Origin: an uncultured Lentimicrobiaceae bacterium
Lineage (GTDB): Bacteria > Bacteroidota > Bacteroidia > Bacteroidales > DASVHX01
Direction of reading: 5' to 3'
Length of the DNA stretch: 64,000 nt
NCBI GenBank assembly: GCA_964511085.1
Contig: CAZEDO010000001.1
Span: forward strand, 39,942-103,941
This document shows, one piece after another, positions 1 to 7,631 of this stretch. A program made the translations under genes and the position numbers. Below the pieces are notes generated by a model, which was given only the letters and a program-made list of their open reading frames with translations, ran no database searches and was not told the DNA's origin. Position 1 is the first letter of the stretch. Every line of letters begins with the position of its first letter.

Positions 1-2925
1 TTTAATGCCTGTGTGGATGGAGCAAACAATTTTATAATCGCTATGCAGGATGAGCGCTCAGGGAGCATGCAGGCTGTACTTTACAGGGTTTCGCAGGCAG
101 GAACTCATCTTTGGAATACAAATGGGATAATCCTTGGAGATGGACTTGCCCCCAATGTTTGTGCCCTGCCTAACGGGGAAGTAGTCACTTGCTGGAATGA
201 AGGCACATCAAATACGCTGATGCTCCAAAAGATAACTACAGGAGGAGCCCTTGCCTGGGCAACACCAATAGAAGTTACAGTTGATGGAAACACAACAACA
301 CGAGGTCAGATTGTGGCTAACCTGAGCAATAAATTTACAATGGTGTATCAAAAGTCAACAGGTGGGGTTTACACCAACCTTTATGTTCAACAGTATAACA
401 GTTCGGGCGTGGCACTTTATGCACCTTTGCAGATTTGCGATCAAACCACTGCCGGCTATCGGGACTACTCCATTGTGGCCGAAGCTGACACTACTTATTA
501 CGGTTACTACAGTTCTACTGCATTCCGCTTCAATTCCTTTCTGCAACGCATTAACCCAAATGGCACAATCCCGTATGGCATGAACGGTGTTAATTTCAAC
601 ACAAATACCGGCGATAATGATAGTTACCAGATGGAAACAAGAATAAACCTTACTCCGGGCTCCCCTTATGTATGGGCAGTGTGTTCATTTACCGATCCGA
701 ATCAGACTCTTTATGGCGTATATATTCAGAAATACCTCAAAAGTACAGGTGCCAGGCAATTCACCAACCTTGGTAAAGTAGTGTACCCTATGAGCTCAAA
801 TCGCGATATGCAGGCCGGGGATCTTGCTCTTGTAGATGATACCCCTATGTTTATGTCGTACACTAGTAATTATAAAATATATGCCACAAGGCTTAATGCT
901 TCAGGTAACTTTGCCTGGCCTCACACCCGGGCCGAAATAAGCTCAACAACATCTACTTTAGGCAAGGGGAGATATGGTTTCGGATCTGTCGGCCCTAAAT
1001 TATGTGCCGGCATCTGGACAGAGGATAGAGGTCCTGGGGATTTTGGCTACATACAAAATATAACCACAGGTGGGCTTTTTGGCATTGATGTGGCAACCCA
1101 AGGTGGTGTTCCTGCAATAATTAATATAGGGGGTGGAACATTACAGATAAACTCAACTATATATCCCTCTTATGCTAACCAGGCGGTAACCTGGAGTTTA
1201 GCACCAGCAACCGGCCTGGCAATCATTAGCCCTTCTGGTCTTGTGACTGCAATAGCCGACGGTACTGTTTGGGCTACAGCAATTTCGGTGCAGGACATTA
1301 ATGTGAAAGATTCGCTTATGATTACGATTTCGGGGCAGATTCCTGTTCCTCCTTCCGTTATTACCTTGCCTGCCACTAACATTACTTTTAGCGAAGCCAT
1401 ATTACACGGAACAGTGAATGCCAATTATTTCATCACTTCTGTTCACTTTGAATGGGGCTTAAATTCTTCTTACGGAAACACCCTGGCCGCAACACCGATG
1501 CAGGTTACAGGAAATACAATTGTTCCTGTGCAGGCAAGTCTTTCAGGTCTTACCCCGGGAACTACATATCATTTCCGTTGTGTTGGCATCAATTCGGCAG
1601 GAACCACTAACGGACTGGATCAGACATTTACTACGCAATGCCTGTTAGCCGGATCCATAGGATTAATTAGCGGCACCAATAGCCTTTGTGCAGGTTCAAC
1701 AGGTATTGTATATTCTGTTGCACCCTTTGCCGGTGCTACAGGGTATGTATGGACACTTCCTTCAGGTGCTAGCATTACAGCAGGTAACAACACGAATATT
1801 ATCACAGTTACCTTTTCTCCAACTGCACTTTCGGGAAGTTTCATTGTGTATGCAACTGATGGTATATGTAACAGTTACCCTTCGTCGTCGTACCCTGTAA
1901 ATGTAATTCCTCTGCCTGTGCAGCCATTAGCAATTGATGGTGTTACCATGGTTTGCGATGGCACCCAGGGTGTCCCTTATTCTACTGATCCGATACCTGG
2001 GGTAACTTCCTATTTTTGGACTGCACCTCCCGGTGCGGTTATTGCGTCTGGTCAGAATACAAATAATATAATAATCAATTATAATCTGGGTTCCACTTCT
2101 GGCGGTATTACTGTTTATGGTATAAGTCCTTGTGGAACAGGTGCTACATCAGATCCTTTGGAAATAAACGTTTTGCCAATTCCCGGAGACGCAGGGTCAA
2201 TTACCGGCCCGGCAGCTGTTTGTGATGGAGCAGAAAACATCAGCTATTCTATAGCACCGGTCGCCAATGCTTATGACTATATATGGGGGCTGCCTCCAGG
2301 AGCTGAGATTGTAGCTGGAGCTAATACGAATGCGATAACAATTAATTTTAATCCGGGTGCCACTTCAGGCAGCATCACAGTTTATGCTACTAATGGCAAC
2401 TGTATTGGACAGGAAGCACCGCCTCTGGAGGTAACAGTGAATCAATTGCCGGCAACACCTGTAATTACGCATCACGGTGACACGTTGGTAAGCAGCGCTG
2501 ATTACGGCAACCAGTGGTATGTTGATGGTTCACTAATTCCAGGTGCAATAGGCAAAGAACATACAGCCGTTATTACCGGAAACTACACCGTTGTTGTTAC
2601 TCTGAATGATTGCAGTTCGGCACCTTCAAACAGTATTTTAATTGTGCCCGTCGGCATTCGTGTTATTGACTTTAACAAGGCTGTGGAAATATATCCTAAC
2701 CCTAATAATGGTCAGTTTACTATCAAAGTTGAATCAATGGAAAAAGCGAATTATTCAGTGGAAATTTATAGTGGTACAGGTGCTTTGATATGGAAACAGG
2801 AAAATGTTTTTATTGATGGCACATTTACTATGCAGATTTGTCTGAATGACCTGCAGGCAGGTGTTTATATGGCGGTGCTGAGGAGCGACGACAGATATTT
2901 TATGAAGAAGATAGGAGTCAGATAG
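1..2925 (+). CDS. Large secreted multidomain T9SS cargo protein, 5'-partial (open to the window edge)
   Basis: The frame is open from nt 1, so the listed GTG at 13 is probably internal. The N-terminal ~380 aa is Gly/Thr/Tyr-rich and looks like repetitive beta-propeller sequence. A Big_2-like segment follows (VTWSLAPATGLAIISPSGLVTAIADGTVWATA), then an Fn3-like segment (PPSVITLPATNITFSEAILHGTVN...YHFRCVG). Next come three tandem Cys-containing Ig/PKD-like modules. The protein ends in a typical Por/T9SS C-terminal sorting domain (EIYPNPNNGQFTIKVES...GVYMAVLRSDDRYFMKKI). Confidence 0.8.
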   Translation, partial: FNACVDGANNFIIAMQDERSGSMQAVLYRVSQAGTHLWNTNGIILGDGLAPNVCALPNGEVVTCWNEGTSNTLMLQKITTGGALAWATPIEVTVDGNTTTRGQIVANLSNKFTMVYQKSTGGVYTNLYVQQYNSSGVALYAPLQICDQTTAGYRDYSIVAEADTTYYGYYSSTAFRFNSFLQRINPNGTIPYGMNGVNFNTNTGDNDSYQMETRINLTPGSPYVWAVCSFTDPNQTLYGVYIQKYLKSTGARQFTNLGKVVYPMSSNRDMQAGDLALVDDTPMFMSYTSNYKIYATRLNASGNFAWPHTRAEISSTTSTLGKGRYGFGSVGPKLCAGIWTEDRGPGDFGYIQNITTGGLFGIDVATQGGVPAIINIGGGTLQINSTIYPSYANQAVTWSLAPATGLAIISPSGLVTAIADGTVWATAISVQDINVKDSLMITISGQIPVPPSVITLPATNITFSEAILHGTVNANYFITSVHFEWGLNSSYGNTLAATPMQVTGNTIVPVQASLSGLTPGTTYHFRCVGINSAGTTNGLDQTFTTQCLLAGSIGLISGTNSLCAGSTGIVYSVAPFAGATGYVWTLPSGASITAGNNTNIITVTFSPTALSGSFIVYATDGICNSYPSSSYPVNVIPLPVQPLAIDGVTMVCDGTQGVPYSTDPIPGVTSYFWTAPPGAVIASGQNTNNIIINYNLGSTSGGITVYGISPCGTGATSDPLEINVLPIPGDAGSITGPAAVCDGAENISYSIAPVANAYDYIWGLPPGAEIVAGANTNAITINFNPGATSGSITVYATNGNCIGQEAPPLEVTVNQLPATPVITHHGDTLVSSADYGNQWYVDGSLIPGAIGKEHTAVITGNYTVVVTLNDCSSAPSNSILIVPVGIRVIDFNKAVEIYPNPNNGQFTIKVESMEKANYSVEIYSGTGALIWKQENVFIDGTFTMQICLNDLQAGVYMAVLRSDDRYFMKKIGVR
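1639..2451 (+). repeat. Three tandem ~89-aa intragenic domain repeats (C-x-G...Y-x-W-x-(L/A)P-x-GA-x-I...N-x-I-x-(V/I)-x-(F/Y)...G-x-(F/I)-x-VY...C)
   Basis: Translated modules begin near nt 1639, 1918 and 2185. They share the pattern LCAGSTGIVYSVAP..YVWTLPSGASITAG.NTNIITVTF / VCDGTQGVPYSTDP..YFWTAPPGAVIASGQNTNNIIINY / VCDGAENISYSIAP..YIWGLPPGAEIVAGANTNAITINF. They are diverged at the DNA level. Confidence 0.6.
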
Positions 2926-2944
2926 GAATTAATTTTTAATAAGA

Positions 2945-2975
2945 AGAGGCTGCCTTCTCAGGCAGCCTCTTTTTT
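2945..2975 (+). terminator. Rho-independent terminator after the T9SS cargo gene
   Basis: Perfect 10-bp stem agaggctgcc (2945-2954) / ggcagcctct (2961-2970), 6-nt loop, then TTTTT (2971-2975). It lies 20 nt after the stop codon. Confidence 0.8.
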
Positions 2976-3081
2976 GGGAATTGGTAAAAAGCACAATCTA
3001 AAAAATAAAGAAATAGTTAGGATACGAAATGGGGGCAATCCGGATTCTCCATAAGTGTTCAGCAGAAATGAGAAATTCATT

Positions 3082-3111
3082 AAAAAGGGCCATCCCAACC
3101 TGAGATAGCCC
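3082..3111 (-). terminator. Possible terminator of the minus-strand GDH gene
   Basis: On the minus strand this reads gggctatc..ggatggccc, an imperfect stem with a bulge, followed by TTTTTAAT. It lies about 25 nt downstream of the stop at 3136. Confidence 0.35.
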
Positions 3112-3135
3112 TAGTTAATTAACCCAACAAAAATT

Positions 3136-4473
3136 TTATAGGATACCCTGATCTAACATTGCATTTGCTACCTTCAGGAAGCCGGCAATATTGGCACCTT
3201 TTACATAGTTAACGTAACCATCAGGTTGTTTGCCGTATTTTACACAAGAACTGTGGATGTTCTTCATAATTTCATGCAGCCTTCCGTCAACTTCATTAGC
3301 TGACCAGTTAAGCTTCATCGAGTTTTGTGACATTTCCAGCCCTGACGTGGCAACACCACCTGCATTAACGGCTTTGCCCGGTCCAAATAATATTTTATTT
3401 GTCAGAAGCACCTCAACAGCTTCGGGTGTTGATGGCATGTTAGCACCTTCGGCAACACAAATGCAACCATTCTTTACAAGATTAAGTGCATCTTCTTTGT
3501 TGAGCTCGTTTTGCGTTGCACAAGGCAAAGCCACATCGCATTTTACTTCCCAGGGGTGCTTGCCCTGATGAAACTGTGCACCGGGGAATTCATAAGAATA
3601 TGGTTTTACAATATCCTGGTTTGAAGCACGGAGTTCGAGCATATAAGTAATCTTTTCTCCTGTGATGCCATCAGGATCGTAGATGTATCCGTCAGGACCA
3701 GAGATTGTGACCACCTTGCCACCAAGCTCAGTAATTTTAGTAACGGCTCCCCATGATACATTTCCAAAACCCGACAAACAAACGGTTTTACCTTTAAAAG
3801 AATCTCCCTTTGTAGCCAGCATTTCATTAGCAAAATAAGCAGCGCCAAAGCCGGTAGCTTCGGGCCGTACGAGGCTTCCGCCCCAATTGATTCCTTTGCC
3901 AGTAAGAACACCTGTGTGCTCCTGTGCCAGTTTTTTATACATACCAAACAGGAAGCCTATTTCACGACCACCAACACCTATGTCGCCTGCAGGAACGTCA
4001 GTTTCGGGACCAATGAAACGCCAGAGTTCCAGCATAAACGATTGGCAAAAACGCATGATTTCAGCATTTGACTTACCTTTTGGATCGAAATCAGACCCTC
4101 CTTTTCCGCCACCCATTGGCAAAGAAGTAAGGCTGTTTTTAAAGATTTGCTCAAAACCCAGAAATTTCAGGATACTAAGATTAACACTCGGGTGAAAACG
4201 CAGACCACCTTTGTATGGACCAATAGCGTTATTAAACTGAATCCTATAAGCAAGATTTACCTGTACTTTGTTGCTGTCGTCAACCCATGGAACTTTGAAA
4301 CTTAAAATCCTGTCGGGCTCTATGATTCTATCAATGATGCCGGCGGCCTCAAAATGAGGGTTTTCACTTAATACTTCTTCCAGTGATTCGAGTACTTCGC
4401 GCACTGCCTGAAGATACTCCACTTCTCCCGGATGTTTCTTCTCCAGGTTGCTCATTACTTTTTCTAAATTCAT
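3136..4473 (-). CDS. gdhA: Glutamate dehydrogenase (hexameric Glu/Leu/Phe/Val dehydrogenase family), clostridial-like isoenzyme
   Basis: Full-length 445 aa carrying the family active-site box [18 protein letters not shown], plus [11 protein letters not shown] and [15 protein letters not shown]. The dinucleotide fold reads GFGNVSWGA ... VTISGPDGYIYDP. Confidence 0.95.
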   Translation of the reverse strand: MNLEKVMSNLEKKHPGEVEYLQAVREVLESLEEVLSENPHFEAAGIIDRIIEPDRILSFKVPWVDDSNKVQVNLAYRIQFNNAIGPYKGGLRFHPSVNLSILKFLGFEQIFKNSLTSLPMGGGKGGSDFDPKGKSNAEIMRFCQSFMLELWRFIGPETDVPAGDIGVGGREIGFLFGMYKKLAQEHTGVLTGKGINWGGSLVRPEATGFGAAYFANEMLATKGDSFKGKTVCLSGFGNVSWGAVTKITELGGKVVTISGPDGYIYDPDGITGEKITYMLELRASNQDIVKPYSYEFPGAQFHQGKHPWEVKCDVALPCATQNELNKEDALNLVKNGCICVAEGANMPSTPEAVEVLLTNKILFGPGKAVNAGGVATSGLEMSQNSMKLNWSANEVDGRLHEIMKNIHSSCVKYGKQPDGYVNYVKGANIAGFLKVANAMLDQGIL

Positions 4474-4513
4474 CTTTTTTATGTTTAAATAGTTATCAAT
4501 ACTTATGCTGCTT

Positions 4514-4541
4514 TCGCATTGTTATTAAAATAACACTGCGA
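4514..4541. promoter_or_regulatory. 28-bp near-perfect palindrome upstream of the minus-strand GDH gene (candidate operator)
   Basis: TCGCATTGTTATT-AA-AATAACACTGCGA. The arms match at 13 of 14... specifically 12 of 13 positions (one mismatch). It lies 41-68 nt upstream of the ATG at 4473. No T-run follows on the minus strand, so it does not look like a terminator for the upstream gene. Confidence 0.35.
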
Positions 4542-4628
4542 AATTATATATTTAAGTTGGATTGCTTCTTACAAGAAAAAAATATTTCTGAAATTGCGCT
4601 GATTTATAATCATTCTTAGCTGTAAGGG

Positions 4629-7595
4629 CTAATCAATACTTTTCATCACCAATCCTTTGTTCTTTCGACCATCTATTTTTATGATCAAAGGTGACTTAAA
4701 CCTGATATGCCGTATATGGTCATCTTCGTAAAAAGAGGGAATCCCTGCCAGGTAATCCAGATCAAAAAAGCCATCTTTATTGAAAGGATTGATAGTAAAA
4801 TAGCCTACCCGGAAGGAGGTCAGGTTTTGGAAGAAATGCGTCCCCTGGCTTGGATCGATGCGATAATGAGACAGCCCTGATTCAACAATAAGCCTGGCTG
4901 CCGATATTTGTGGCCATTTAACAGGGATACCTAGCCATGGATCACTTGATCCCCAGCGGCCTGGTCCAATAAGTATGTAGTTTTTCTCCTCCTTGAGGAA
5001 TTTGTCATTAATAATGGCAATTTCGTTCACGAGGTCACTATTCCTGGAAGCGTCAAATGTTTCAGGCCTTATGTAAACAATGTCGCAAACATCGTCGATA
5101 AATCCATTGCCGAGTGCGGAATTCGAAAACAAGATTGTGTTTTCTGTTTTTACTTCGTCAAGGTTTTCTTTAATTACCTGATCCTGATCTACTATAGGTC
5201 TTATTTGAAGTAAATTAAATATCTGAGGCTCATCATCAGGTACATCAAGGTCAACTGCAAATTCAATTTCTACAGGTTTGTTCATTTCAGTCTGTGCAAT
5301 TTGAAGCACATCGACCATAATCGAAGCCAACGGAAAGGTATTATTGTTAAGAATATTGGAAAATGTGATCAGTTTCTTGCCTTCGTAGTTTATTCCATCA
5401 CGTATCATATTGCTCTCAAAATCGAAGGTTGAAGCAATGTATTTGATCGAGTTATCTTTTTCTGCTTCCCTGACGGGAAGTTTAAGGATATTTATTCCAT
5501 CATCAACACAAGGTTTGAAGCTTTCACCTTTCAGATCAAGCGCATAGAATGATTTTTGCGTTTCGCGCATAGCCATCTCCGGCGAAGATAACTGAAGGAC
5601 TTTTTTTGGATAACGCGGAGAAAACCGCAGGGAATTCCCGCCATCAACTATATATTTTCCTAGCCCCAGTGCTACATTTATGATGCCGTCCTCTGGTTTT
5701 TCAGGATCAATAGGATAAAAATTTATCGATCTGGCCACACCGGAGATAACAGGATAAAAGCGCTCCCCATATTGTTGTCCGCATACTTCCTGTAAGATTA
5801 TTCCCATTTTCTCCTCATCAATCACGTTTTTTGTGGCAGTCATATATGCTTTGCTTCCCTTAAAATAGACTGAAGCATACACAGATTTTATTGCCAGGCT
5901 AAGCTTTTCGATCATCAACCTTTCATCCTCCGCAATATTAGGTATCATGTAAGTAGAATAAATACCCGCGAATGGCTGATAGTGGCTATCCTCCAACAAA
6001 CTTGATGATCGGATGGCAATAGGTTTTTTAACGACTGTCAGAAAAGCATATAAGTCCTCGTGGATGCGGAAAGGGAGTCTGCCTCTAACAAAGTGATTTA
6101 ATATTTCTTCATCACTTTTATCTGAAAGAGCAATCTTGTAAAGGTTATTGTCTTCCATGAATTCATCAAAAATATCGGTACCCAGAACAACCGTTCGCGG
6201 AATAGTAAGTATAATATCATCATACTTATCTACCATTTTATTGCGTTTTAGCAGCGAGTCGATAAATGCCAGTCCTCGTGCTTTCCCGCCAATAGAACCA
6301 CTTCCTATTCTCGTAAAAATTAAATACTCATCAAATTTATCTTTATAAAAATCGGCAATTACTCCCCGCCCTTTTGTAATACGGTAGCGGGCAATAGCAT
6401 CAAATATATAACGCCTTACTTCATCAACATCACTAAAATCTTCAGGCTTCAGCACCTTAAACATCTCGGCAATTGGAAATATAGCCCTTGCATTAAGCCA
6501 TTTAGAGAAATGATTGTTACTAATATGGTAAAAAAATGAATCGTCAGGAATATCAAACAACCTATCCTGTAGATTTTTCAGATCACTTACGCGCAGGATT
6601 TCTTCTTTCGTTTTAGGATTCCTGAAAATAAAATCGCCAAAGGAAAAATTATTTATAATCAAATTTTTAAGATCGATAGAATAGGTTTTAGAATTCTTAT
6701 CGATAAAATCAACGCTAAGATCCTTGGCATAGCTTGCATTTTCGGCTTCAGAAGATTGAAGGAGAAAAGGTAAATCAGAATTATCATTCTTTACAATTGT
6801 ACAAAACTGTACACCAGCAGTTTTGTCAATTGCTCCGTTTACCTTAAAGCTGATATCAGAAATTATTCCGAGCAGGTTATTCTTGTATTTATTATACAAG
6901 GACATCGCTTCTTCAAAATTTGTTGCAAGCAATATCTTTGGCCGGCCACGCATCCGAATCGTTTTTTGATGCTCATTTAAACCTTCAGTCATAAATTTAA
7001 GCGATTGCTTAAAAATAAGCTTGTATAGGTTCGGCAGATAACTGGAATACAACCTCTCGGAATCCTCTACGAGCAATAAAGTTTGAATACCAACTTCATG
7101 AACATCGTGCTCAACATTCATTTTATCCTCAATCAGCTTTATTATTGCAAGCATGATATCAGCATTCCCCAGCCAACTGAAAACATAGTCAATTGAACTT
7201 AAATCTGCATGATCAAGAAGCAATGAAACTTCCCTTGAGAATGCTGTTAACAGAACAATCGGTTTTTTGGGATATAACTCTTTTATTTGCCTGCAAAATT
7301 TAAAAACATCAATCTCCCCTAAATCAAGCATTGTTATTACAAGGTCAATCTGCTCTTCGCCTAAAACACGGTTAGCTTCCTTTACATTTGAGACCTGCAC
7401 AAAATGAGGCGGATACCTTAAATTAAGGGCAACATATTCATTAAATATTTGCTCTTCTATCCGCCCATCACCTTCCAGCACAAAAGCATCATATTTACTG
7501 CAAACGAGCAATACTTTGGTGATGCGCTTCATCATCAGATTGTCGAATGGCGTATCTGAGAAATAAAACTTCTTAATATCCTTAACTTTCCTCAT
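4629..7595 (-). CDS. Degenerate receiver + response-regulator receiver + PEP/pyruvate-binding (PPDK_N, ATP-grasp) domain protein with an unassigned C-terminal domain
   Basis: 988 aa. Canonical REC motifs are present: LLLVEDS ... LLGIISDISF ... LLQSS ... FIDKNS. The ATP-grasp motifs match PEP synthase/PPDK N-domains: GGKARGLAF, AIRSSSLLEDS..QPFAGIY, VEIEFAVD...NLLQIRPI. The C-terminal ~190 aa carries ILIGPGRWGSSDPWLGIPVKWPQIS and SQGTHFFQN. It is a paralog of the next gene. Confidence 0.85.
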   Translation of the reverse strand: MRKVKDIKKFYFSDTPFDNLMMKRITKVLLVCSKYDAFVLEGDGRIEEQIFNEYVALNLRYPPHFVQVSNVKEANRVLGEEQIDLVITMLDLGEIDVFKFCRQIKELYPKKPIVLLTAFSREVSLLLDHADLSSIDYVFSWLGNADIMLAIIKLIEDKMNVEHDVHEVGIQTLLLVEDSERLYSSYLPNLYKLIFKQSLKFMTEGLNEHQKTIRMRGRPKILLATNFEEAMSLYNKYKNNLLGIISDISFKVNGAIDKTAGVQFCTIVKNDNSDLPFLLQSSEAENASYAKDLSVDFIDKNSKTYSIDLKNLIINNFSFGDFIFRNPKTKEEILRVSDLKNLQDRLFDIPDDSFFYHISNNHFSKWLNARAIFPIAEMFKVLKPEDFSDVDEVRRYIFDAIARYRITKGRGVIADFYKDKFDEYLIFTRIGSGSIGGKARGLAFIDSLLKRNKMVDKYDDIILTIPRTVVLGTDIFDEFMEDNNLYKIALSDKSDEEILNHFVRGRLPFRIHEDLYAFLTVVKKPIAIRSSSLLEDSHYQPFAGIYSTYMIPNIAEDERLMIEKLSLAIKSVYASVYFKGSKAYMTATKNVIDEEKMGIILQEVCGQQYGERFYPVISGVARSINFYPIDPEKPEDGIINVALGLGKYIVDGGNSLRFSPRYPKKVLQLSSPEMAMRETQKSFYALDLKGESFKPCVDDGINILKLPVREAEKDNSIKYIASTFDFESNMIRDGINYEGKKLITFSNILNNNTFPLASIMVDVLQIAQTEMNKPVEIEFAVDLDVPDDEPQIFNLLQIRPIVDQDQVIKENLDEVKTENTILFSNSALGNGFIDDVCDIVYIRPETFDASRNSDLVNEIAIINDKFLKEEKNYILIGPGRWGSSDPWLGIPVKWPQISAARLIVESGLSHYRIDPSQGTHFFQNLTSFRVGYFTINPFNKDGFFDLDYLAGIPSFYEDDHIRHIRFKSPLIIKIDGRKNKGLVMKSID

Positions 7596-7631
7596 GTTCA
7601 GATGAATAAGAATTGATCCTGAAATAATACA

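Noticed and set aside
3230-4195. Plus-strand ORFs of 102-113 aa (3230-3568, 3887-4195), and minus-strand 3606-3947 in another frame, inside the GDH gene
   Set aside because: They lie entirely within, or antisense to, a full-length, strongly conserved GDH CDS. Their translations are low-complexity with no recognisable motifs. They are shadow ORFs.
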